Part shown: one piece after another, positions 48,745 to 63,592 of the stretch
Position numbering within the stretch: the first letter of the stretch is position 1
Layout of the letters: the number at the start of each line of letters is the position of its first letter
Assembly (NCBI RefSeq): GCF_037042905.1
Contig: NC_087255.1
Span: forward strand, 28,458,001-28,522,000
DNA length: 64,000 bases
From: Lytechinus pictus
Lineage: Eukaryota
Direction of reading: 5' to 3'
Made by a program: the position numbers and the translations under genes
Notes under the pieces: model-generated
Databases searched by the model: none
Seen by the model: only the letters and a program-made list of their open reading frames with translations
Told to the model about the DNA's origin: nothing

Positions 48745-51700
48745 TTACTTTCCTGTAGGTACGCATGATGATTTACTCACACTCTTATGTTCTTTGTGAT
48801 ATTCATTAATACCAAAACAATGGGCCACTTCGGCGTCGCATTTACACAGTCTGTACTTGCAATCATCCGAGTGCGATGCTGTAATATAAAACAAGAGGAA
48901 AAATTGGATTTTGTAATAAGTGACCAGAAAATGACTCACTAATAAAACACATCAACTGATATAATAATGAAAAAATAAAACAATAATTGTCATCACATGG
49001 TCTGCTTTTCAAGTAGACTCAAGGGAGCATCATAATCATATATTTCTTAATTTTGAGTGCCTGTAGCTATAATGAAAAAGGAGGCATTATATATTTTTTG
49101 TATGACTCGTTAGGGTATCCCAAAACCTCCCGTTCATGAGAAAGGAGTCCCAGCACTGAATACTCATGACTAGAGTGGCTTAGGGGGGACTTCAGCCCCG
49201 TCCAACTTTTAAAAAATGTACAAAATCGTAAAAATTACCATCTGATTGTGTGTTGTTTTTTTTGCATGTTCAGCCCCCCCCCCCCCCCACTTTCAAAACC
49301 TTTCCCAGCCCCTGGATGAAATGGGGCTCAATTATTGGTCCCAACACATTTCTGTAGTAATGATCACCAAGTCCACAAACACTTTCCTGAGGAATTCACT
49401 TGCAGAGACGAAGAATGAAATACAAGGACTACAGAGTATTAAAATCCAAATAGATATTTCTCCCAAAAAAATCTAAAAATGCACTCTTTGCCTTTGAATG
49501 AATAATGTTATTCCCGCTTGAATGTACCCCCTCTATAGTTTTGTCTCAGAAATACTGTAACAGGTCAGGGTGCTCTCAGAGGAGAGGGGAATAGGGGGAA
49601 TAGATGAAGTAAAAATAGGAAAAGGTTTATTCTTTCGAAGGTTATTCTTAATTAATCAAGAATCTCTGTAGTAAAGTTTTGGAACCCCCCCCCCTTTCAT
49701 CTGTTATAAGTTATAGTACCTACTTTACAGAATAAAAAAACGTAAAAACAATTTGAAGAAATGATCCAAAATAATTTGGCGAGCCAGTATCTGAATTTCA
49801 AAAAGAAAATTACATTGCTTAAAAGGTTATCGTTTATTCGCATGTTTTACTAAAATGAATCAACATGATAACATATTTACAAAATTAGAAATTAGCTCTT
49901 TAATATTTTGAAACCTGAACGAAAGAAAATGATCAAGGAATAACAAAGCCCTGTTCATTTATATTGATGCTTGCATTCCGTAAATGTATCAAAAACAAGA
50001 CATTAAAGAGGTTAAAATAGATCTTGGACCTATTAAAAACTCAATTTTTGTTGACAATCATTGCTCAAAACTCTGTTTTGTTGACGATTATGAGGTAATC
50101 CGTGAAAATGCACTTGTTTAATGAAATTATGGAAATGCAACCATCATATCTTAAAGAAACAGGGCTTAGTTATTCCTTGGTCAAGCATATATCCCATTTA
50201 CACATACCTGGATGTATTTCTTGTACATTGTAGATATTTTATCGATGTCCCAAACAAAAACAAAAAAATAAATATCGGAATACTAAATAGGTTCATTATT
50301 GCGGACTAGAGGGTATTCATTTGTCTCGCAATCTACTATCGGAATACCAAGAAGTATTTTTGTTTCTATAAAACTTATCACTTTGCCACTTCCCTTTCCC
50401 TGTTACTTCTTGTGTTTATGTGATTTGCAATCATTTATTAATCCCTTGTAAATTTTGTAATTGATTTTTTTTTTTAAAGTAATAAGAATCATACTTACTG
50501 CACTTGATGAGTTTAACACCATTCTCTGTGACCTTCTCATATCCGTAACTCTGATGAAGCTTGTTACGTGGGCAGTGATTATCCCTTACCAGATTCTCAT
50601 AACACTGGTTGTGCCTCATACAGCACCTACAAATAGATAAGCAATCGAGAAGTACATTCAAAAGACCGTCTAAATCCTTGACAAAATAACATGTAAAGTG
50701 AATACATATCATTTTAATCCCATGATTCATGAATATATCATTTTAATGTTATTTTTCCTCGAGCGCCATCTACGTATAAATATCATATGATATTAAACAA
50801 ATTGTCGTCCCGTTCCATTCTTGAGCAGTGGCTTATTTTAAAAAAAGAGAGTACAAAAAGTGATATTTTATTTTGATTGAGTGGTCGGGGTCGGACATGC
50901 AATCAGAATAGATTTACATGTAAAACAGTATCCAATGAATTATAATTGTATATACCTTCCAAACCGTTACTGTTTTAGGGCAAGCACTTTTATTGTGGAG
51001 GTTCTTGAGTTATAGTCTATAAATATTATGAATGTGAATAGTAAAATGCCCTTTTTTTTGGGGGGGGGCTTTGGTTTCAGGTCTGCTCTGCGGCTGAGAA
51101 GGGGGGGTATTGTCCCATAATGATTCATCATGAGGAGAACTTCCACCACCACCCCTCCCCCATAAAAAGCAACAAACAGAAAAGCCCAAAAATATACATC
51201 AAGACAACAGAGGAAACCTCGGTTATACCTCGCCTGATCTTAAGATTATTAAACTATTATTCGGATGCGGCGGCTTTGAACCACCCCCCGTGCTCATGGT
51301 TTTGCAAGTCATAAATCAACAAGTTTATAAAATTTCGAAGATTTGGCGTAGGGTGAAATGATCAGTTATACTCGAGACATAATGGACTCCTGATCGACAA
51401 AGGTTATTTCTTTATTCCAGTGACATGACATCGGTCAATTTGGAGTCGGGGTTCGTTCGTTTGACAGAAGCATTCAAACCTTTCTAGATCATGACCGTAC
51501 ACAGCGTCGCAGCGAAATGGGGGGGGGGGGACAAGGGGGGAGTAACTGTCTCCCCCCCCCCCCGAAATTATGAACACTTACTCAGTATTTTACTCAAAAT
51601 TTTCACAAAATTCACTTAAAGTATGCATTGAATCCTTCAATTTCACTTCACAAGATGTAAAATGCCCTACTGACAAGCTCGGTAACTTTGCTCCCTCGCT

Positions 51701-54251
51701 TTTTAGTTACTTTTCGAAAAAATTAACACGTCCTGCTCCCCCCCCCCCCCCCCCAGCAAGAAATTTCTGCATACGGCCATGGTAGATACTGCAATTTGTT
51801 GCTTTGGTGCACTGTTGGCATGAATTTATTATCGGTGAACTTGAATGGGAATGCCAGTGACCTAGCATGGCAACAAAACTGAATCTGAATACAATAAGTT
51901 CATGTGAGTATTGAATGGGTAAGCGATCACCAGAGGCATGAAAGTTCAACAAACTTTAGGTGAAAAAAAAATCAAGTGACTTCCTGTTATTGAATCCTAA
52001 AGCCCCTTTCACAATTGGTGGTGCGACTGCTTACAACCGTTGCGATTGTGTGCAACATATATTGTGACCAAGTGATCGCAAACGGTCGCACGAGCAATTG
52101 TGAAAGCCCCTTAACAAACAGCGATCAAGTAATATCATTTGTTTGAGTTCTGTCGGGAATTTCCATTTATGGTAACTTAACACGAGTGTCTGTCTGGGAT
52201 ACACTGACATATTTTAGAACAAACGTAAAAAAAAATAGCAATCTTAATAATCAAGAAGAAGAAAAAACTTTAGGTGAAACGTAATGCATATAGTATGGTA
52301 TTGAGTGCAACAACTATCAAGGAATATCATAATTGTATCATGTTGGAATTCCATCCGACAGACGAGGAATTGTTTTAGAATAAACCTTAGGAATGGCAAT
52401 CTAAATAAGGAAAAAACACTTTAGGTGAAACATAATCAAGTACATACAATATGTTATTGAGTGCAATAACTATAATTTTGTTTCCTGTTGGAAATCCCCA
52501 TCTATGGAATTTATCCATCTAATAGGCGAGGAAGGATAAAGAATTGCGATTCAAATCAATAATCATCAAGAAAAAAATTATGACGCGCAGACAACATACA
52601 AAACGGGTAATTGTCGAGATTTCCATTCAGCTTCCATTGGTAAAGCGATAATTGCCGCTTTGGTCTGCTCTTTTATTGGTTTAATCTATTTTAATTCTCA
52701 TTAAGTCTAATGGCCAGATGGTCTAACTTCGTCTATGATTTATTTACTTTGTCAAATGGAAATTTGGTTCAAAAGCAGTTCATTTTATCATAATGGACTA
52801 AGTGGTGATAAACCAAGTACAAGCATCAGATATGGGTACAGCCTAACTGGATAGGGACAGTCCCACCGGGGAGGGGGCACCCTACAGCACCCCCCCCCCT
52901 GAAGATGAAGTAATTCGACAAAAGCCCAGATCGTCATCAATGCAAGATTATGATATTATTATTGATCACCCATGAAAACAGGATATACACACCCCTGTAT
53001 GGCGCGAACGTTATATCAAATTTAAACTTTCTACATTTTCCGGGCCATGCAGGTATGTCATTTAATATAGAGAAGGTATTTTGTTTCTCAATATTGAAAA
53101 ACCGATGGTTTTTAGACACTACATGCATCATCTACCATATGGAATGCATGGTGATTGCTTTCGATGTACTCTATAAAGTCCATGGATCAGGGGTATTCAT
53201 AAATAATGAATTAAAAAATACCAGCGCCTATATGACAAGAACAAAAATATGCCGTTTCTTTCCCCTACCATAATTAAGATTCAGGGGTAGCCATGTTTTT
53301 ATCATCATTATCGTTATTATTCCTCATTATAGTTTCAAAGTAATCATTACCTTACTTTTGCTTTTAAAAAAACTTCGCTGTTTTATGATCTCTGAACAAA
53401 AGTGCCCCTTGCCGCCCCATCTCCTGATACGCGCGCCCCTGCCCTTATTATGTTTCAATACGTTTAAGCCTTAAGTTTGCTAAAAATCGACCTTTCTTCG
53501 GGTATAGCACGACCTTCAACTGTATGTAGTCATCATTCATGTTTGTTATAGATATCTCCATACTTAATCACACTCAACGTAACTAGTATCATTGTCCTTC
53601 TGTATTTTAAATGATATTTAATCATGATTGTAGGGTGGTGGGGAGGATGGACAGCCCCCCCAAAAAAATTTTTAAAAAAATCATGATAATAATGATAACA
53701 AATAAATATTTTCTACATATTGCCCTAAATTATTTTACCTCATCAGTGATCTTTGCTCACATATAGATATGAAAAACAATCAAATTCCAACATATCATAA
53801 AAAATAATAAATAAAAATGATAATAGTAACTAGTCAGATAAATAAATAAATGAAGTATATAAATAAGAACAAAATCTTTCAAATTTTCGTAAAGCGTCAA
53901 AGCTTCTGCGCTCTTGCGGGATGGGGAAGTACCCCCCCCCCCCCTTCCAACCCGCTCATGCGACAATTTCTGCACATACTTCTAGAGCTCAGTCCATCTC
54001 GACACATAATACCACTCAGGTACTCAACCCCTTGAAATAAATTCCTGGTTAAAATACTGTCCTTTAACATATTTATTAATCAGTTAGTTTAAGTTACGAA
54101 CAATGGATTGGACTTTGACTTATCATTTGAGATTTAATTAGGGGTTGGTTTAAATCTCGACATCAAAGACTCCGTCACGTGCGTGATTAAACTGTACTAA
54201 TTTCACGTAGATATAGCCTTTCTTTCGTACCTAGAAGTAAACTTATCATCA

Positions 54252-54301
<50 letters not shown>

Positions 54302-55330
54302 AGTACGGATAAACCCTGTTCTCAACTTTTCAAATAAATATTGCATTAAAAGAATAATTTTCTTAAGAATATTTTTAAACCAATTTTCACGCTGTGGAAG
54401 GAGAAGGGGAAGAAGATTGGGTCTGTATTGTTGCTATTTGTGAGTTTCTGGTCGAACTCCGTCATCTCAAGCATCAACTTCACAATTTTCGTCACCATAT
54501 CATCATCATCATCATGACCTTGGTGGTGATTATGACGAAGATGAGGATAGGAATAACGATGATGATGTTGATGATGATAATGATGATGTTGTTGTTGTTG
54601 TTGATGATGATGTTGATGATAATGATGTTGANNNNNNNNNNNNNNNNNNNNNNNNNNNNNNNNNNNNNNNNNNNNNNNNNNNNNNNNNNNNNNNNNNNNN
54701 NNNNNNNNNNNNNNNNNNNNNNNNNNNNNNNNNNNNNNNNNNNNNNNNNNNNNNNNNNNNNNNNNNGACCATCCATTACCCCTATACCTACTCATCAATC
54801 TTGTCTACGGGCTCCATTCCTTCAGTAGGAAACTTTTCATTGCAGTAGCATCCATAATTTTGGAACTTTCGAGCACCGACGATCCACCCTACACTTCGAA
54901 CCGTCCACGTAATCATATGTCCGATGTCCATATTACTGCTTTCCACTGAAAAGAGAAGGATTCAATTTGATAATATACTCTAAAAATAGGGTTGAGTTAA
55001 GACGTACCTTATATTGAATTACTAGGGGAAACATGCATGTTTGTTGGGTACACATTAGATTTTAAAAAATAATTTACACACCATCGAGTCATTTGTATAT
55101 CACGTGTGTGGTACACAATTATTTTACGAAATTAAGCAATATTTTTAAAATACATTGATGTTTTTATATTACATCATTATGTTAGTACAATAAATGCAAT
55201 AATAATAATTGTCTGATTTCCTCTATTTATTCTGAATTTCTAATCAACGAAATCTCTCGATATTTTCCTTACCTGTTGAAAGGCATGTCAATGACAGCAC
55301 AACGAAGACCAATAGCCCCAATCGTTCCAT
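48745..55330 (-). CDS. Secreted phospholipase A2 homolog, Asn49 variant with degenerate Ca2+ loop, 157 aa; 4 coding exons
   Basis: Exons 55330-55273 (signal MERLGLLVFVVLSLTCLST), 54945-54792 (NYGCYCNEKFPTEGMEPVDKIDE), 50626-50499 (CCMRHNQCY) and 48878-48745 (CKYRLCKCDAEVAHCF). GT-AG, with intron phases 1,2,1 as in the first PLA2. Confidence 0.88.
54495..54631. repeat. (GAT/GTT)n microsatellite next to N gap 54632-54766
   Basis: Triplet low-complexity run. Confidence 0.85.
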
Positions 55331-56606
55331 TGTGATCTATAAGGGGGGGTACAAAAATATGGAAAAATATAAAAAACACATTTGGGCATTTTCACGGTAA
55401 CTGACGTTACACGTCACAATTTTACACACTTTTCATTGTGTGTATGATTATCTCTAAAACAACAAATGATGGGAATTTTTTTTTTTTAATTCGTCGGTTG
55501 AAAAATCTTATGGGCGGTACCCTTGTCCCCCTCCTCCTACATTGCGTACAAATATATAGGCTGGCCGACCTATGAACAAGGAATAAAAGAAAATTACATA
55601 AATCATCAATTGCTTTCAACCTAGTTGGTAGGCTCATAGTTAAATTTGTCAACAGATGATGATAAGCTGGTTAAAATATATCGCTATTGCGTCTCTGTAA
55701 TATCGAAATAGAGCTTATTAAAAGACATAGCTTTGATTATAGTTGGAAACACATGGCTGCAGAATTATAGGAGGGAAATGCGGAAGAAAAGACACATATT
55801 TTAGTTCTGATCATCAATGCTCGTATATACAGTAGATCTCGTAGGTCTAGTTTGGCTTCGTCTCAGCTCATGAAGCAGGTGGCATCTTTCCGTTTCAACT
55901 GGTTCCTATGACAACCAAAATATCATAAATTCATAACTGAGAACTGAAACGGATTAACATAAAGGCATACGTGTATAGTGTTGACTCGTTTACACTTGGC
56001 GTAATAAAAATGTCGAAGAGGCAAGAGTAAGTTCTATAATTCACAATTCGCCTTCGTCAGCCAAAAGGAAATTTATTACATATAACCACTTAAATAATGC
56101 TGTTTCATAATTTATACACGATATAGCGTTATACGTGATAAAACAGATCATTTACAAAGCGGACAATATCATGTTTTTGGATCCTTTGCTCATACATGCC
56201 CAAAGATGAGTAGCTTTTTTTCCAAATTGAATCTCTTTAGACTCTTCTCGACATTTCTCTATAGGCCTACTTATTAACGCAGAGTACTAAAATTGAGAAG
56301 TCTACATATTTCGCGCTTAATAAGTCATAATGTGATTATCATTCATTACATTCGGATAGTGTCTTTCAATAATGGATACAAGAAAAACACGAGTCATACA
56401 ACAACAACAACAATAATAATACTAATAATCATAATAATGATGATAATAATGATAATAATAATAATAAAATAATAATAAATAATAATAATAATGATAATAA
56501 TAATAACAATAGTAATAATGATAAAAATTATCCAATGGCATTATGAATGTCTGAATAAATGTTCCGATGTCTCATTCAGCTGCAAACCATATGAATTTTA
56601 AGTTAA

Positions 56607-57202
56607 AGGACAAGTCCATCCCAACAAAAAGTTTATTTGAAAAAAAGGAGAAATTCCAACAAGCAAAACACTGGAAATTTCATCAAAATCGGATGTAAAA
56701 TAAGAAAGTTATGACATTTTAAAGTTTCGCTTAATTTCACAAAACAGTAATATGCACATCCTGGTCGGTATGCAAATTGGCAGACTGATGACGTCACCCA
56801 CTCACTATTTCTTTTGTATTTTATTATATGAAATATTCTAATTTTCTCCTCCTTGTCAAGTGAAACAAAGTGTTATCTATCCCTGAACATTTGGAATTAC
56901 CATTATTTTAGCTGTTTATGGTTAAGTTAAGTTGGTCCTTATTGTCAAATCTGTAAAAATTGAAATATTGTATTATTCAAATAATAAAAAACAAAAGAAA
57001 TAGTGAGTGATGGACATCATCGACTCTCTCATTTGCATATCGCTGAGTTGTGCATTGAACTGTTTTGTGAAAAATAAGCGAAACTTGAAAATGTCATACA
57101 TTTCTTATTTTACATCTGATTTCGATGAAATTTGCAGCGTTATGTTTGTTTGATTTTTCTCTATCGATTCAAATCAACAATTTTCTGGGGTGGACTTGAC
57201 CT
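56607..57202. mobile_element. Kolobok-like MITE (TTAA TSD)
   Basis: ttaa|aggacaagtcca ... tggacttgacct|ttaa; same family as 30393. Confidence 0.82.
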
Positions 57203-59315
57203 TTAACAATCTTATGTGTCCATAAACAGACGATAAGATATCATTTCTATGTTTTATCACTTCATTACAAGAACATTGAACCATCATGTTGACATACACA
57301 GTCGGTTTAGGTCATTTTAATTCGATCTCGGGAAGATCTAAAGTCTATCTATAATTAAAAAAAAAATAGATATTCTTCGTGCGTGAATATGACACGTTAT
57401 CGTATCCGTGACTGCATGATGGTTTGTTTTGTGAAGATAATTTCGTTATAAATATTCATCGAACTTCTCCCCCCCCCCCCTACTCTTCTATTATATCTTT
57501 TATATTTAAGTGTACAGGCACAGGAAGTTTCAGAGTTGCAAAAAAAAAGAAACACAAACTGCATTGCGGCATACGCTTAGTCATCAAAATGCAAGGCAAT
57601 TTACGTTAAACATATCTACATCATTAATCATAGTGATCCTACATATATCACAATAACATATCCGGGTTATAATGTTAAAAATATTCACACTAAAAACAAA
57701 TACACGTAGGAGCTTACGTATACTGGCCAATAACCATGAGAATATGATTATAGTCATTACCTTAATGATCGGTGATCAAATTGTTAATCGTTGAAAAAAA
57801 TAATTGAAATGGTAATCATCTATATCTACGGTGACGCCATTTTAGTGCTTCACTCCGCCATAAACACTCAACAACTCTCGCATATAGAAACCGAAACATA
57901 CAAAAACCCGACGTCATAAGAGGTGAACTTACCAATAGCCGTTCTCCCGCAGCGCTGATGAGTTGTGTGTGGACGCAGTGAGGCAGAGACAGGACAATGG
58001 ACTGCCTCAGATGAATGCAAATTGGCTCAGCTCTCCAGCTCTCTGCTCAGCTATCGATAGATTACAGTGTGACCTTCGAAGACGAACTCTAACCAGTTTC
58101 GGTTTAACAATGAAAACAGCAAATATGAAATTGTTGCTAAGTGGCTGAGTTTTCGAGTTTAGAGCAATTATCACGCCTATGGCAAATGGTGTGTCCAGGA
58201 GGAAATGTTGGCGAGGGCGAGGGGGTGCGTTTTCTATTTATTCATTTCCCTACAAAAATGACCCCCAAATTAAGAAAAATAATAGTAGTAATAATAAATA
58301 ATAATCAAACTTCAGCAATGTATGCCAACATGTCCATGGGCTGACACTTCTCTTTGCATGATGCTAATGAATTAACGCTGGACCAAAATAAGGGGACACA
58401 TGGCCCTTACCCCATTCTACGCCGGTTTGTCGATGACAATTAAAAGAACACTCTAAAAATAGAAATGGAATGAATGCCATCTGCTGGTCGAGATAAGCAG
58501 GACAATGTTGTGGGGCCTTTTGTAGAATGGGCATATATAGGTCGAGTTTTTTTTTCAATTCTGCGCGGAGGGCCCAATTGTTTGTAGATTTAAAGGAGCT
58601 CATTTTAATCTTTTTTCCAGTTTTTTTTTTTTTGATGTGGCAATAATTGCTTCTACGATGGTGACCTTTGCTCGACATAATTGTTGTGTACACCACTGGA
58701 CCCCACTAGTCAACACTTGATCCGTCTCACTGAGGTGGGTTATGTACCCCCATCCCTGGCCCCCTCCCTTTCCATTCGGCACACCGAATGCGACAATGTC
58801 ACATTCCGCCCCTATATACAAACACACAAAATATTTTTTCAGGATATTGGGTGCATGCATATGAGGTTGAAAGTTATTATACTACTAGGGTTATCCCCAG
58901 TGGCGAAAGGAGTCAAAAATTTAATTTGAGGGGGCTAGATATGTATCACGTAAAATATATAAGAAGTTGCGAGCAAGCGAAGTGAGCGAGCAAAAATTTC
59001 AACATTTTGTTACGAAAATCCAATTTTGTGACAGATTTTGACATATTCAGAAAATAATATCATTTATTTCACCTCTTTTTTCCTTTTCTTTCCATTTCTC
59101 CTTTTTTTTCTTGGTCGTGAACCCCCCCCCCCCCCCAGTTCGTATTCCGTGGATATAGCATGAACAATAAAACAATTATTGATTTTGAGGTCATTTTTCC
59201 GTTGGCCTACATACACTATCAAAGGTCATGGAAGCCTATTTATCATGATAGAAGAGCATTTGGATAGATTAAATGTCTTGCGCATAATGCTATCGACTCA
59301 TAGATTGTTTTATAT

Positions 59316-59580
59316 CCCGGGGGCACTTCCATTGACGAGTGGATACCATGCGCGACAATAGGGTCTCGAAAAGCACCCTAAACACGGGCCTAAACAAGTA
59401 TTTTCCATATTCTGAAAATGCACCCCTTAACAAGTATTGGCGTGTGAAACCCTACTCTTTATTGGAAACAAAACGGTACCCTTGACAAGTATTTCCTGCA
59501 TTGAACCTCTAAACAAGTACAGCGATATTTTTATTATGTCACGAACGTCGGTTTTACCTTTACCTATACATCATTGGGTG
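59316..59580. mobile_element. Truncated copy of the CCCGGG/8-bp-TSD family
   Basis: cccgggggcacttccattgacgagtggataccatgcgcgac plus interior matching the reverse complement of the right part of 28257-28840. Confidence 0.75.
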
Positions 59581-62500
59581 AAACCATGGACATAGTAAAG
59601 TCATGGACCTACTAGTACTAGTAGGTCCATGGTAAACTAAGTCAATGCTAAACATCTCGGATACATAGGTCCATGGCTACCTGTGCCTGTCAGATAAAGG
59701 GATCATACGATAACCTATACTGTCAGATAATATTCTTATCATTTTGAGCAGACGATGCCCTCTTCACAACCCTACTGTTCAAATATACTTCAGAACTATT
59801 GTCAATTCATTAGAAGATAACTAGTATTTGATAGACGACATCGGGATGTCATATGATAAATCATCAACAACTCCACGATGAAAGTTTATTGACCTCAGTG
59901 AAAGTTTCTTCACACCGGTAGCCCGTCCAAGGGATGTTCACCTGTTTTGCAAGTGATCAGAAAAAAGAAAAGTTTGATGGAAGGGGTTATCAAACATTAA
60001 CTCTAATTTGTAGGCCTATTCAAATTGTTGCATTAACTAAATTCTCATTACCACAATAATGAAAACAAAACTGTTGTATTTCATTTGTATATAACATTTC
60101 TATAAGATAATGATTAACAACTAATCTAACATTATTTATTGATATACACCCAGCAAGGTGTAGGAGTTTTTAAATATATATATAATATATTTGTATGGTT
60201 TATTGAAACAAAAAGTCATATTCAAGGTAAAATCACAATATTCACAACTTATTATGACAGATCAGAGTTATTGTGACAGAAAAGGGCAATAACAATAACA
60301 AAACCTTAGCAAACAAAATAACAAAACAATAAAGGTGTACAAAATAGTCTTAAAGGTGTGGTTAAACATTGGGAAGAAAAAAAATAAGCCTACATGTGGC
60401 GGTTTTTCCTTCTCTGTCTCCTTTCCTTCTCTTTCTTTAACAATATTGAAATCATAGGGGGTGGTCATCCCTGCCCCCACCTGTAGCACCATCTTTGTTT
60501 AGAAGAGTGTTGAGAATGAATCCCCTTCAAGAGAAAAGTCAATAAATCTTTTTGTAAAATTTCCCTGGATTTAAACAGATATAAATCACTTTTATTTCAC
60601 ATTACTGACATGACTAATAAACATGTCGGCAGAAGAGAACAATCCATTACGAATTGTTTACTATACACTCATATGAAACGAAGACACCGATAATGTTGAT
60701 ATAATCTCAAAGTGGAATTCACTCTAACCCTTGACGTTTTTAAGTTTATTTCGGTTGGCATTTCACGTCTGACATATTCCCCTCTGAACCCTTTAATGCA
60801 TATTTTCCTACACTCGTCTGACATATATATGATATAGGCTTACAACTAATATTTGTACTATATAATCCTCTTAACAGGAAACAGTCGGTTATTCTGTGCA
60901 GTAGCCAAAGGATAAAACAAAATTGAGGGGGGCTAGATATGGCGTATAAATAAATTAATATGAATGTGGCGTATGGGGTAAAATTCATTTAAAATTTGTG
61001 AGCGAGCAAAATTTTTGACAATTTCATCACAGATATCATATTTTGTGATAGGTTTTGATATAGTTTTCAGAAAATAATATCGCATTTCACCCTTTTCTCT
61101 TTCCTTTTTTTTTTCTTTGTCGTGAAAAATTGGGGGCAGGCCCCCCCCCCCCATCTGTACGCCACTGATTCGGTGTACCGTGCTTTTTTACCACTGTTTC
61201 TTTTTTCTAATGAAAAGGATGGAATTCACATTCAAAACACATTATCAGTCACGCATTGGGCCGAAGGACAACAAACAAGACACATATAGAAAGAACGAAG
61301 GACTATACTAGCTTATTGATATTTCTGTGGATCAGGGACAGTGGCAGCATCAGGATGCTTAAAATAGGGGGAGGGGCAAGTAGGAGTAAAGAAAATTTTG
61401 GGAGCAATAGCGGGCAAGAAATTTTGACATACATTTTTTTCTTCAGTTTTCCAAAGTTCTGGGGGCAACTTGGGAAGCAACGCTCCTGACTGGTGTGAAA
61501 GTCACATCGATAATTAGAAACAAAGATACAATAGGAATCCATGTAATGCATATACTTTTTGATGAAACAAAGAAAAATAAGTTTAATTTGAAATGAAATC
61601 ATGAAACAATATATACACTCAGAAAAACCATGGTTAAAATATAAGATATAAATGACGCTCTCAACAATCATAAAAATATACATATATGATAGTGCTCGTA
61701 ATAACGGTGATATGATGGTGACAAATAAATAATGATATCATTTAATAGTATTGATAACAATAATGAAAGTAATAATAATAACAACAAAATCATGATAATA
61801 ATAATAATAATGATTATCATTTAAAAACAAAGATGATGATAATAATATGACAATAAATGTTCCTATTTCGTATGATAGTGAATTCCGTACAAACTAATAC
61901 ATTTCACGACTAAAATGTATATCCATCTAACGAATAACTGTGCAAATTTTTCCATGAACATAATCTTAAAATAACCGAGAATATCCGATCAGTGTAATAG
62001 GCTGAGTAGCTATTTGAACTACTATTTGAAATTGCTATAATAATTTAAAAAAATCGATTAGACCAGTTCAATGTATGAATACATAATTAATTATGGGGTG
62101 TCGCCATAATGAAGGGCAGAAGAACCGACCCCTAGGTTTTTAAAACTTCAATATTAAAGATAGAAAAGGGTGAGCTGTGACCTTTTTTTCATTGAGAAGA
62201 AATGACCAAATTCCACCCTCTTGTCCCCATCCCATATCAAACTATACCCTTACACTGAACCTTGCATAATCATAAAAATAATGGCGATTTTGTTTTTAAT
62301 CAGTAACTATCAATAATTTTAATATCAAGCTCTTGATTAAGAATAATCTCTACGAACTGTTTTATTGCAGTAAAGGGTTCAGTTTCACTCTGCATACAAC
62401 TACAACTCGAATGTTTGGCTTATTTTCAATTGGTTTAATGCCATTTTGTCCAATTACCAACTCGTCTACGATCATTCGGTCTACCATCAGTTCGTCCACT

Positions 62501-63592
62501 ATCCACATGGTCTGTTATTCATCCACTCATCATTTCGTTTAATAATAAGTTGGTCCGTCCAATAACATTTGGTCTAATTGGACTAAGTGTTAATTGGGCG
62601 AGATGAATGAAAATAAAAATGGGTTTCAGACCAACTATATAGTTATGATACGAAATGGTCACAGACGAACTGGTGATTAGGCGAAGTGATTATTGGACCA
62701 AATTGTTATTAGACCTAATGGTTGTTATACGAAATGTTGATGAAAGGAATTTCAATAAGACTAAATGAATATAAACCACGTGATGAGTGGACGAGTTGGC
62801 AATAGACGAATTGGTAATTTATTGAATGTTATACAGTTACACCAACGAAATCTACTTCAACCGATCGACAGTATGTGTTGGTAACAATTTAATAGCTTTG
62901 ATCGGTCTGGAGTCGGTTTCATTTGTGTGACTAATGCATAAAGCACACAGTGTCAGTTTCAAGAAGATGTAAGTACTTCAAACATCAGTTTTACTGATTT
63001 GAGTTCTTGCGTAAGTAGAGGTATAATACAAAAATATTTCATATCTTTAAATGAAATATAGAGTACTGTATATAGCATCTTTAAAGTCATCATATTGTAT
63101 TCATATACTCTTGTGAGGTAAATATATTTATTCAATTTACAGCAAATTATAAGAGATCATAACTGAAATAAAATAAAAACGATGAGATAGCAGATAATTC
63201 ATGTTCTCTTTGAACTCAAAATACAAGATCCCGCTTTATCATCTGTTTGATTTTGTTTTATCCATGCTAATAAAATCTCAATAGCAGTTACTTTGAGTTG
63301 TACTATATTGTTTTTATGTTAGTCTCTTCGTCATTTCCAATGTTTTCTGCTTTCGCCTCAGAGGTTTGAAACAATTTGCCTTGGTGTTTAAGTAATCGGA
63401 CGAAGCCAGGAAATATTTCAGAAATAAAAAGGTAACAAATTGAAATCTAACTACGCTAATGAAAAAAAAAATCGTTTATCGCGTTGTATTCAGGGCCGGC
63501 CTCGGTCTCGAGACCGGACTCAAGGACGATTGTATGACCCCGGCCTCGGACGTCTAGTCCTTGGTCTTAGCCTTGGTCCCGGCCTTTGGTCC

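Noticed and set aside
57933-58030. Candidate non-coding first exon of the Asn49 PLA2 (donor GTAAGT at 57932, CCAAT nearby)
   Set aside because: Plausible but cannot be supported without transcript data; the same applies to candidate PLGRKT 5' UTR donors near 27680, 29300 and 29596.
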